From the human T2T-CHM13v2.0 reference genome, Homo sapiens: a stretch of DNA of 64,000 nucleotides. The notes beneath the pieces are model-generated. The model had not been told where the DNA came from and searched no databases. It saw only the letters and a list, made by a program, of their open reading frames with translations. The first letter of the stretch is position 1. Every line of letters begins with the position of its first letter. This document shows, piece by piece, positions 14,916 to 27,345 of the stretch. The position numbers and the translations under genes were made by a program. The stretch lies in NCBI RefSeq assembly GCF_009914755.1, contig NC_060932.1, one strand, 5' to 3'.

Positions 14916-16476
14916 TATCACGGGATACTTAGGGTGTTGCTTCACCAGCCAGAAACCTCTGTGGCCAGCAGTACCTCTGCTTGAGTTTTTTTCATGCCCA
15001 CTGGGCTTGTTCTAACCACTCAGTCTGGCAGGCAGTGCTTGGCTGTCACTACTGGCTCTGATCCCACACCTGTCAAGGGCAAGCCAAGTATGGAGTGGTG
15101 AGGGGTGTGTGAATGAGCGAGCGTGGGTTTCAGCCACTGTGCACAGCCAGGCACGTGAGCTGCTGCAGTGGGGCAGGCAGCGCCATGCACTGCATAGACA
15201 CCAGCTCCGTCCAAGGCTGTGGCTGGATCAGATGTACCACAAGCAGCTTCCTCAGTGAGCACCTGCATCTAGACAACGGGAATGCAGTGGCGCCAGGAAG
15301 CATGGAGACACCAGGAACCACAGAGCCCCAAAGAGGGTGTCACAGCCCTGGATCCGGAAGCCTCTAGGTCTGGGATCCCTGAAGGGCCGCAGCTCTTCTG
15401 TCCTTCTTGTCGCCTGCAACATGATAACAGGATACGGATGTATTTTGACCCTGTTTGTGTTACAGCTCTTTCAGTCCCACCATTTGGTGGGTCCTGAGTT
15501 CTTGTCCCATATCCAGAAAGAATGAGGTATGTGGACAACTGGAGGATGAGCAAAGCAGAGAAGAGCTTCATTGAGCAACAGAACAGCTCTCAGGAGACTC
15601 AAAGTGGGTAGCTCCTTTCCACAGGCAGGTCGTCCCAATGAGTGTCCAGCTCTCAGTGGAGAGGAGACATATAGTGGGTAGCTCTTTTCCACAGGCAGGT
15701 CATCTGGAAGAGTGTGTGAGTCTGGCTGAGTCTATGGTTTTTATGGGCTCAGAAGTCAGGAAGTGTATGCTGATTGGTCCATGGCCAGCCATGGGTGGGC
15801 CTGGAAAAAGCACCATGAGTTCTCATTCTACTTGGCGACTCAACCTAAAACTGGCAGCCCAGCCCCCAGGCTTCAGGCTCTCCCTGGCTTGAACTTGGGG
15901 CTTCACCAGGGACCCAACCCTTCCCACCTGTCTGCCTCTTGCCAACATCAACATGCTGTCCATGGCGTCTAGGTTTTCGTGTTGAGGGAAGCCTACAGCT
16001 CTGTCTGGAGCCATGCTCAGCCTATGACCCCACCTCCTTCCCTGAGCTCATCAGTGCCCAAAGTTTTGGAGGGGGCCAAAGCAGTGGCAGGGGCTGGCAT
16101 GTCAGTACCACCCCAAGCATGCACATGGCTGGCTGGGTTGTGACAACACCAGGGCTTAGCTTCAACTTTGCTCCAAAATTGGATTGGACACTGGGAGCAG
16201 AGAGAGGCCAGCGAGTGGAAGCAGGCACTTTCAAGCCTGTGAGTGGAGGGGGGCTTCCTAGGCCCCCAAGAATACAGGGATCTGGAACTGTGGCTGGGAG
16301 GCTGCAGCTGTGCCCAGCAGTGCAGGGCTCCTGCCCAATCGACTTGGTAGGGGGTGGGGTTCCCACCTGTTCCCGCCCCCTGCCAGCTCCTGGGAGTGTT
16401 CAGCCCCAGCTGTGCCTCCCCTGCAGTAGCTGGTGTCCTTGCAGCAGCTGCTGCAGATGGGCCATAGCTGTCATTG
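14916..16476 (-). mobile_element. MER52 (ERV1) full-length solo LTR
   Basis: GC-rich 1.56-kb element with repeated gtagctcctttccacaggcaggtc units. 4-bp TSD gatg (14912-14915 / 16477-16480). Confidence 0.88.
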
Positions 16477-17649
16477 GATGGATGGATGGATGGATGGACA
16501 GATTGATGGAACTATTGAATAATAAACAAGTAAATGAATGGATGAACAGAACCCTTCAAATTCTGATAATCACTTTTGTTGCCCAGTGATTTGATTTAAT
16601 GTAAGCCAGATCTTTGTATGTGATGTTTATAAACCAAATGAAAGCCTTAGTTTTACTGTATTCATAAGAAGAAAGGAGGAATACCAAACTGAAGCAGATT
16701 ACTCTAACTGAAGCCACCCATTTCCAAGTATCTTAATAAAAGTCACTGACACTCCTGCTGAACATCTCTCAACACAGTAGGCACTGTGGAAGAGATTCTG
16801 TCTCCTCCATGACAATGACAATAGAGGAATGCTCAGGTTTCTTAATATGAGTGCCAGTAAGTAATAACATGTGTCTAAGTGGCTTATAAATATCAAGGGT
16901 ATTTAAAATCTAAGTTAGTCTGTACTTTAAATCAGGATAAAGTTAAAATAAATGTTGTAAAAAAAAACAAAAAATAAATGTTGAAGTCATTCTTGGACAA
17001 GAAAATTTGTCACAAAAGGCAAAATGCAGACTATGGAATATACAGAAGATGGCCATGCCAATTGTGGTTTTTCAGCAGACTTCATTCAGCAAATTAGTTC
17101 TTCTGGCTCGTTATATAACATGTCTTCAGGATCAGCTAGCCTCTGGAAATATTCCCTTCTCTGGGTCAAAGAGGAGATCTTCATTTAATTCCCCTCCTGC
17201 TTCATGTTGTTAGTGCATTAATTCTGTACTCATTCAACACCACATCATATTCCCAGGAACTCAGGCAATCCAGGTAGCTTATTTGAACTGACCTGGCTTT
17301 CAGAGGAAATATGTATTCATACAAGGGAAAGATTGTAGGCACATAGATTTCCTCTGAAATCTTGTACCTGGAAGGAGGCAATTTTAGAACAAATAAAAAT
17401 AGGTAGGTATAGGCTTCAGATCCGTATTTTCTGTGTGTGATCATAGACACCCACATTGCATATGTGCATCATTTCTTTTTTAAATTGTCATGCAAGATCA
17501 GGCCCATTTCACCAGGCAGGGTTAATTAAGAGAAGAAAAGTGACACGCTTCCCACCCTCATTATTCCACAATAAAGCATGCTGGGCATAGACAATTAAGT
17601 GGGTTGGCATTCCTGAAGAGGGTCTCCCTCTTCTATTGCCTTCTTCTTT

Positions 17650-17952
17650 TTTTTTTTTTTTTTTTTTTTTTGAGACGGACTCTGGCTCTGTCGCCCGGGC
17701 TGGAGTGCAGTGGCACAATCTTGGCTTACTGCAAGCTCCGCCTCCTGGGTTCATGCCATTCTCCTGCCTCAGCCTCCTGAGTAACTGGGACTACAGGCGC
17801 CCACCACCACGCCCGGCTAATTTTTTGTATTTTTAGTAGAGACAGGGTTTCACTGTGTTAGCCAGGATGGTCTCGATCTCCTGACCTTGTGATCCGCCCA
17901 CCTCTGCCTCCCAAAGTGCTGGGATTACAGGTGTGAGCCACCGTGCCCAGCC
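17650..17952 (-). mobile_element. AluY
   Basis: Y diagnostics gcaagctccgcc, ttcatgccattc, ttagccaggatggtctcgatctc. 16-bp TSD tattgccttcttcttt. Confidence 0.95.
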
Positions 17953-18528
17953 TATTGCCTTCTTCTTTACAGAGCAAGCAACATTATTTCTGAGAAGACA
18001 CACAAACATCTTGAACTCCGGGCAGAATAGATTTGAGTGCCAGCAGTTTGTAGGGATTGCTTGGAAATGTATGCTGCCCAGAATCTTGGACTCCTGTGAA
18101 GTTGCAGTGCTCCTGAAAGGATTCCATGAACGTCATAGGAAGCTGACCTCGGATGCAGCCTCTCTGGCTTGGAAATAAACTGTCCATTCCTGCCTGCCCA
18201 AACTAGATCCTTGTCCAGCCCACCTGAAGGAAGCCTCCAGGGTTATTTTTAAATAATCTGGCTTCTTGGGTCACACAAGGCAACACTAATACACCTGTTC
18301 AAATTCACTCTAAATTACCAGGAACGTCAAGCACATAAACTCAAAAGTGGGCCTGCCCACACTACCAGTTAAATGAAAAATGTAAGTTGATTGGAAAATA
18401 TATAATCAGACTCTTTCCAGGCTTTTCCTACCTGTGGATTCAGTTAAAGAAATAGGTAACTGAAAATTCTCTAGTTTTTCTCAGGTTTATATAACTCAAG
18501 GCCATCTTTTCTCAGTTTAAAAATATAT

Positions 18529-18815
18529 AGCTGGGCACAGTGACTCACGCCTGTAATCCTGGTGCTTTGGGAGGCCAAGGAGGGAAGATCTCTTGAGGCA
18601 GTAAGTTCAAGACCAACCCAGGCAACATAGCAAGACCCTGTCTCTGAAAAAAAATTAAATCAGCCAGTCATTGTGGCGTGTGTCTGTAGTCCTACCTACT
18701 TGGGAGACTGAGGTAGGAGGATTGCTTCAGCCCAGGAGTTCGAGGCTACAGTGGGCTGTGATCATAGCACGGTACTCTAGCCTGGATACAGGATGAGATC
18801 CTGTCTTTAAAAAAT
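18529..18815 (+). mobile_element. AluJ
   Basis: Diverged dimer, ggattgcttcagcccaggagttcgaggctacagtg. Confidence 0.9.
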
Positions 18816-21800
18816 AGTTTTAAAACAATTTTTTAAATATGCTTATTTGTCTGGCCATGAAATAACCATCACTTCTATATGGAAAAAAAAGGAGCCATGT
18901 GCTCAAAAATAAAGGAAGATCTTCAAATAAAGCACACCAACATAGAATAATAAAGAGAAACCTGTTATGTGCTGCTAGCAGGAGGATCAGTCAGAAAATA
19001 AGACTGTCCTACCTTCAGATAGTTAGAAGTATTATATAATAAAAATACAGACAGGTCAGGTGAAAGGTGGAGCATGGAAAAAGGCATGCATTGTATGAAA
19101 CAAGATAAATGTTTCACCATTAATTCAAAGTAGGCGATATAATGACTTGCAGCTTAGGGTCAGCAAGGTAAATGGGTGCTTTACACTGGGAGCTTGTCAC
19201 TATTTCTCCTGTTGGTGTTGCAAAAGAGGCAGCTCTTGATCATGTAGGAGTTTCAGATAAAAATTTTATCCCTTTACAGAGGCAAAAGTGTCACAAAAAT
19301 TATAGAAGCATGAGCATTTTGATCATTGTCTGTGATACTATTTACACTGGAGGGAAAAGCCTTTTACCTTCCAGACAAAGTCTTTGTGAAAAGTTCTTGA
19401 TGGTACAAGATATATGCTCATGAAAGCTATTTCTTTTAATATGGATTTAATATAATTTTTTGCAGTATAGCAGGTGCAAATTGATTCCCATTTACCAGCT
19501 GTATTTTGTTTTAAAAAAGAAAAAACCTTTCTGATGAGACTGAATATGTTAATTCCCTTCTTAGCTAGTTGCAATGATTCACAGAATCATTCCTTCTCAT
19601 TTTCTTATGGCACTAAAACATATACCTGACTCAGCTACCAAAATCAGTTGATTCATCAAGCTGAACTCCACTTTAAGAGACTATAAATGATGAAAGAAGT
19701 TGTCCATCATTTTACAGTGTATCTTCAAAGTATCTAACTCCAGAACCTGTGTTTATGGTTTCACTAATGTTTTGATGTCTATAGTCATCCACTTTTACTT
19801 ATTTATTCAAATAAGAATCTTATTCTTATTCATAAAATGTAGGCTTTTAAAAATTATATAACCTTCAAGTTACCAAATGTTCAGTTCTTCAAGTTTCTGC
19901 TAAGATTAAACCATACTTGCTTGGGTTACAGTGTATCAAATTATGTGTGGTTTAACTCCTTGCCTTTTGCTTAGTTGTTCAGGAAGCAACAGTGGCGTGA
20001 GATTGATGTTTGAAAATTAAGAGTTGCACAGTGTCTGTTGTTAATTGAATTCTATTCACCTCCATTATATAATAGAGTCAGCATAGTTGTTACCATATTT
20101 TAGAGTCTTCAAAATTATACCACTCACATATACAAGATATATTTTCTGTGGCTATAACCTATAACCAAAGCATTAACAGGAAGCTGCTAACTGAATTAAA
20201 ACAAGGCCCAGTCACTCCCACATCACTACGAATAATAGCTGGAGAATATCCCCACAATAGCCAAAAGGCACATCTTTTTAGCAGTGATGTCACCGTTCAG
20301 CTCAGTTCAAGTCTCTACCACATGTGGATCTTTTATCATTTTGACAAGTTTTTCACCAGCATTTGTGACTGTTCACCAGAGAGTCATGCACACTCTTGAA
20401 TTACAGTATTTTGTCAGAGCTTTGCCCTCATGTCTTATTTAGATCATAATAATGAGATCATGAAGGGAAATATGCCAAACATATCAGTTGGCAAAATGCA
20501 GAAAGTCAGGGCTAAACGATGGTTTGGTTCATTGTGGACATTTTTATACCTCTTGTTATGCTGAGGTCCTAACTCAATGCATTACTCCAGTAAGGCAAAA
20601 CTTGTCTCTTTCCCCTGTGTCTAAAAGGTGTGGGAAGTCTAGATTTAGTTTAGGAGTCTAGATTTAGTTTTCTCTTTCTCTCGTGTGTGTGTATATATGT
20701 ATATTTCATATATATGGAAAGTTCTTGATGGTATAATATAGATGCTCATGAAAGCTATTTCTTTTAATATACTTACACATAATGAATTTCAGATAGCCAA
20801 AGTCAGAAGACTTTTTGTTGAATTGTTTACTTTTGTAACTGAGAACCTTGGAATGTTTTGCATCATTTAATTACATGCGGGTAATTAAATGACTACACTC
20901 AGAGAGGAAAAAATGCCACCAAGCAGATGTCATATACTCAAGGAATGTCATATTTGCTCTACAGATAAAAACAACTATATTCATTTAAAGTAGAAGATGT
21001 ATGTTTAGCACTATCTTTCCCATGCTTTTTTTCAAACACTACATTCTTTATGCGCAACGTGCTTTCCTATTTCATTCGTAAAAGCTTCTTTGAAGTTGTC
21101 AATAAATAATCACCTTTTCCCTTATGATGGCATGGTAACTGAAGATCTGAAATGAACAGGTATCTTTCACAATCACCACCCAACCATCTTTCTGTCTCTT
21201 AGTTTGTGATTTGCAGTTCACACTTCTCAAAAAACAGAAGCCTCTTACACAAATACTCATAATATAAAACCTTTGAATATAAAACCTTTGAATTATTTTT
21301 AACAGGTGGCTTTGCTCTGACTTGTTTCTCAGTACTTGAAATTCTGTCTTGTTTATATTTATTTTTGAGAGTATGCCTTATTTGTGTCATGGTTATCATA
21401 ACTCTTAGATGATAGAAACACTGCTTACCTTGCACTAAAATTTTTTTCTTTAATTGGTTAAATTTTAAAAGATGATTTTCTATATTACAGCAATAGCAAT
21501 GTTGATATGTAGGAATGGCTGGGCCAAGTTAAATGGTGCGATGCACAATTTTACTTAATCTTTGACAAAATACTTGAGCAATTACCAATCTAACTGCTTT
21601 AAGTTGTGAGGTGATAAACACATTCACTTAACACTTACAAAGGATCACACAAGTAGTTCATTGTTGAAATAAAAAGTTAAGCATATCATTGTATTATAGA
21701 GTTCTTTGGTATAAACCAAATTATATTTTACTTTAATGAGTATCCATTGATGCAGGCATATTTTTATATAAGTGATAAGTTATCTTAAGACTGTAGAAAA

Positions 21801-22821
21801 GGAATCCCCACTTCTTAGAAATTTAGGGAGAAAGTTGAAAAACATTCTGCCCTAACATGTTATCCCAAAAGACTTCACATATATTTTTGATTAGCCATTA
21901 TAATAAGTCCTTAAAAAGTAAATAGTTTAACTGTGATTGATGAGCTTTGGGCATCTTCAAAACCATTTTATATATACTTTATATGGTAGTGTCGAATACT
22001 AGGATTTTTGGATGACTCAGACAACAATAAAGAAAGGAAATCTCTGAATTAAAGGATTTGCCGATATGTTTTCATGTTCCAAAATATTCCAGGTAGAAGA
22101 TTACCCTGTTGACAAGCCCTGTTTATGTAGAGGAAACATCCTAAAATGAAGAATGGAAATGTATTATGTTATGATAATGCATTAGATTTACTCCTCAAGG
22201 TCTTCCTCATCTTTAATTCTATGAATTCAAAACAACCACTGCCTACAGAATGAGGTCCAGAAATCAGAACTCTAACAGACACAAAACACACCACAATGTC
22301 ACAGTAGCAGGTAAGATTATTTAGCTATTCCTATTATTTCACTGTAATAATTGAGTAATCTTGTCTGTGAGTTTCATAGGGATTGGTATTACAAAGCAGC
22401 CAATTCTATTCAGTCAAACCAGTGAGAATAAATTCTTGCACACACCAAGCTAAAAGACAAGCGTTTGATTAGCAGTGACAAAAATAATATACAGATTTTC
22501 CTTGTAGCCATGCCTTAAATTGAATGCCAACTTCTTTCTAATTTAGTGAAATCATTGTTGTCACATGTCACTTAGTAAGGAGTTAATAGAAATGTTTATA
22601 AATAATATGGTTTTTACAAATCTAAAGCAGATTTTAGTTTCTGTGTCCTCAATTCATTTGTTCTAAAGTTGACTTAATATTCAGAAATTTCTCTGTTACC
22701 ATGTATTTCCTTATGATCATGATCATTATCAAAATTATCATCATCACATTTTTACAGATAATACAACCATCTCATGATCACACAGGAAAAGAGAGGACAT
22801 GTCTGCAAAAGAGTAACTCCC

Positions 22822-23143
<322 letters not shown>

Positions 23144-24204
23144 TCAGGACACTTATCACTAAAAGAATGACCATTTATCCAATGACTAAGATAATTTACC
23201 CAATAAAACAGCTTCAAACTTTATTTTATTTTACTTTTGAGGAGCAATTAATTAATGTTATTTACATAAAAAGAAATAAAATACTATTTTACAAATGAGT
23301 TCTAGTCAAAGCTCAAATTATGCATCAGACATATTATTTATTATTTTGCATAGGGTGATCACTTCCACAGTCCAGGATTCTTTGTCAGCGAACTTTTGTG
23401 ATAGGATCTGTCCTGTGAATATTCATACTTTTTAAATAGCTAAATAATTGGCTACATCAAAGCCTGAAGTACCCCTTTGCCCTCTTAGGAAAGATGATAG
23501 TTGCTTCTTAGGCCTTGTTAGGAATATACTAGTTGTATTAAATATTTTTAAAAATCAGAAAGGTTTTGCCTTGATGTACTGAGCCATGGGAAAACCATTT
23601 AGAAAAAGTGATCATTTAAAAGAAAAAATGTGTCTATTATTCAAATTCATAAATTCATAGGTTTTGGGAGCCAGAATCTAATAATTTTGTAATATTATTT
23701 GATATACAGTAATATCACTAATCTTTGAGAACCTGGAACATTGTACATATTATTAAAATACAAACTTGAATTATTTTCACTGGATAAGATGCAAGAAGCC
23801 ATTGTAGAATCTGAAACCAGAAAGCAAAATTGTAATTGAGACCTGCAAAGATCTACCCCACAAAGAGTAGCACAGATGAGAGCAGGGAGAGACTGTGGGA
23901 AAAATTATGAACTAATTTGGGAGCAAAATCATGCAAGCAAAACTAGTTGGGTCATCTATGAAAACAAGAATTCAAGAGACATCCATAAATAATTCTGCAT
24001 CTTTTATTTAATATCTAAAAGGAAATTTTTATTCAAAGTAAAAAATACGGAAATTTAAAGACGTGTAAAATTAAAACTTATGTAGGATAATGATTAAGAA
24101 TATGATCTCTGAAGTCAAAGAAATAACTTACTATTATTTAAACCACTAGTGGGTTTTTAACTTTCAGTACTAAATTTAAATTTGTAGAAATTCAATTTAG
24201 TCCT

Positions 24205-24498
24205 TTTCATTTTATTTTTTGAGACAGGGCCTCTGTCACCCAGGCTGGATTACAGTGGCGTGATCACAGCTTACTGTAGCCTCAACCTCTTTGGCTCAGA
24301 TGATCTTACCCCCTCAACCTTCCTCAGAAGGCCAGGAGCACAGGCATGCACCACCATGCTCAGCTAATTTTTGCATTTTTTTGTCAAATGGGGTTTCGCC
24401 ACGTTGTCCAGGCTTGTCTCAAAATCCTGAGCTCAAGCAATTTGCCTACCTCAGCCTCCCAAAGTGCTGGGACTACAGGTGGGAGCCACCACCAAGCC
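24205..24498 (-). mobile_element. AluJ
   Basis: Diverged antisense dimer. Confidence 0.88.
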
Positions 24499-26246
24499 TC
24501 TTTTCTTTATTGGTGTCTTCAATTTTTTTAGCAACATTTTGTAATTTTGAGTGCACAAATCTTTCACCTCCTTAGTTAACATTATTCCTAGGTATTTTAT
24601 TCCTTCTGAAGCTATTCTAAATTGTTTTATTAATTTCTCTTTTTACTTTTCATTTTTAGTGTATAGAAACATCACTGATTTTTGTGCGTTGGTTTTTTAT
24701 CTTGCAAATTTACTGAATTTGTCTGTTAGTTCTAAAAGATTTTGGGGGGTCTTTAGGATTCTCCACGTATTAGATCACGTTATCTGTGAAAACTGATAAT
24801 TTACTTCTTCCTTTCCAATTTGGCTACATTTTTAATTTTTCATGCCTAATTGCTTAGAAATTCTAATACTACGTTGAATTGAAGTAATGAAAAATAGCAC
24901 CCTCATCTTGTTTGTGATTTGGTGGGAAAAGCTTTCAGTTTTTCACCATTCATTGCATGTGATGTTAGCTGTGTTTCATTATAATGAGGTGGTTCCTTCT
25001 GTTACTAGTTTGCTATTTTGTTTTTACCACAAAAGGATGTTAAATTTTGTCAAATGACTTTTCTGCATCAATTGAGATGATTACCTTTTGCCCCTTTATT
25101 CTGTTTATCACATTTTGTATATGATGAACTATCCTTGCATAACAGGAATAAATTCCACTTAGTAAAGGTACATGATCTATTTAATATACCATTGAATTCA
25201 GGTTGCTAGTATTTTGTTGAGGATTCTTGCATCAATATTCTTAAGATATATTGGTCTGTAGTTTTCTTGTAGGAGCTTTGGCTTTGGTATCAGGTTAATG
25301 ATGGTCTCAGGTACTGAGTTAGGAAGTATTTCCTCCTCTTTACTTTGTTTGGTGGTGTTGGAGAAGGATTAGTCCTAATTCTTTAAATATTTCATAAAAT
25401 GTACCAGTGAAGATACGTAGTCCTGGGCTTTTCTTTGTCGGGAAGTTTTAGATTTCTGAGTCAATCTTCTTACTAGTTACAGATCTATTCAGATTTTCTA
25501 TTTCTATGTAATTGAGTCACAGTAACTTGTGTTTCTAAGAATTTGTCCATTTCATCTAGGTTATTTAATTTGTTAGCATACAATTGTTCATAGTATTCTC
25601 TTGTAATTTTTTTAAATTTCTGTAACATCGGTAATAATGTTTTCACTTTTATTTCTATTTTTAGTTGAGTCTTCCCTTTTTTTCCTTAGTCAATACAGCT
25701 AAAGGTTTGTCAATTTTGTTGATCTTTTGAAATAACCAGCTCTTGGTTTTACTGATATTTTCTCCATTGTTTGTCTATTGTTTATGTTGTTTAGCTATCA
25801 TTATTAGCGATACAACTATAAATTTCCCTTTCGGCAGTGTTTTTGCTTCATCTCTGAAGTTTTGGTACATTGTGTTTTTATTTATCTCAAGATATTTTCC
25901 AATTTTACTTGTGACTTTTTTTCCTTGATTTATTGTTTAGGAGTCAGTTGTTCAATTTCCACATATTCGCAATGTTTTAGTTTTACTTCAACCATTAATT
26001 TTTAGTTTTATTCTATTGTAATTTAAAATGATACTTTGTATGATTTCAATATTTTTACATTTACTAAACTTGTTTTGTGGCTTAGCATATCACTTTCCCT
26101 GGAGAATATTCCATGCTCACTTGAGAAAAATGTGTACTCTGCTGTTGCTGGGTGGAGTGTTCTGTATGTCTTTTACATCCAGTTGGTCTATAGTGTTGTA
26201 TAAGGCGTCTTTTTTTTTTTATTCATCTTCTATCTGGTTGTCCCTT

Positions 26247-27040
26247 TGTTATGGGACCTTTGGGGTGTCGCTTACCTGGCCAGAAAACTCTGTGGCCATT
26301 GGCACGTTTGCCTGAGTCTTGCTCAGGCCCGCTGGGTTCATTCCACCCACTCAGCCTGGCAGGCTGCGCTCAATTCAGGCCACTGGCCTGAATCCCACGC
26401 CTGCCAAGGGAGACTGCGTGGAGTGGTGAGGGGTTTGTGAGTGAGCCTGGGGTTCGGCCACTGCGCAGTCAGACATGCCAGTTGCTGCAGTGGGGTAGGA
26501 AGCTCTAGGTCGTACCCAGGCGCAGGCTCTCTATAAGGCTGCAGCTGGACCAGGCGCACTGCAAGCACTTCCACAGCTGGCACCAGGGAGCACAGTGGCC
26601 CCCAGAAGCTTGGAGACGCCAGGAACCGCAGGGCCCCAAAGAGTGGGTCATAGCCCTGGCTCGGGGAGCTCCCAGGTCTGGGCTCCCTAAAGGGCCACAG
26701 CTCTTCTTTCCTTCCCTTCGCCTGCAACTTGGCGAGCAAGGAGCGTGTCTCAGCCCTGTTTGTGTTACAGCTTTTAGCCTTGCCATTCGTCCCGTCCTGA
26801 GTTCTAATCCTGTGACCAGGAAGAACGAGATATGCAGATAAGTGGAGGATGAGCAAGACGAAGAGGAGCTTTATTAAGCAATGTAACAGCTCAGAGGACA
26901 CCAGCATTGGGTAGCTCCTTCCTGCAGCCAGGGTGTCCCCACCAGTGTTCAACTCCTAGTAGGCAGGGTAGCTCCTCTCTTCAGGCAGGTCGTCTCAACA
27001 AATGTTAGTTTCTCAGCAAAGAAGGTAGCTCCTCTCTCTG
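26247..27040 (-). mobile_element. MER52-family LTR, 3' half only
   Basis: Starts tgttatgggacctttggggtgtcgc and is colinear with 14916-15700. Confidence 0.88.
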
Positions 27041-27055
27041 TAAAGAGGCGCTGCC

Positions 27056-27345
27056 GGCCCGGCGCAGTGGCTCACGCCTGTAATCCCAGCAGTTTGGGAG
27101 GCCGAGGTGGGCGGATCACAAGGTCAGGAGATCAAGACCACCCTGGCTAACACAGTGAAATGCCGTCTCTACTAAAAACACAAAAAATTAGCCGGGCAAG
27201 GTGGCGGACGCCTGTAGTCCCAGGAGGCTGAGGCAGGAGAATGGCATGAACCTGGGAGGTGGAGCTTGCAGTGAGCCTAGATCATGCCACTGTACTCCAG
27301 CCTGGACCACTGAGCGAGACTCTGTCTAAAAAAAAAAAAAAAAAA
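27056..27345 (+). mobile_element. AluY
   Basis: gagaatggcatgaacctgggaggtggagcttgcagtgagc, A tail, TSD aagaggcgctgcc / aaaggcgctacc. Confidence 0.92.

Noticed and set aside
15939-16589. 216-aa ORF and other ORFs at 15020-16366 and 26338-26952
   Set aside because: They lie within GC-rich MER52 LTRs where stops are scarce, and show no recognisable protein features.
21261-21293. Small tandem duplications (ataaaacctttgaat x2; also ~5817-5842 and ~45396-45424)
   Set aside because: Ordinary slippage duplications with no sign of function.
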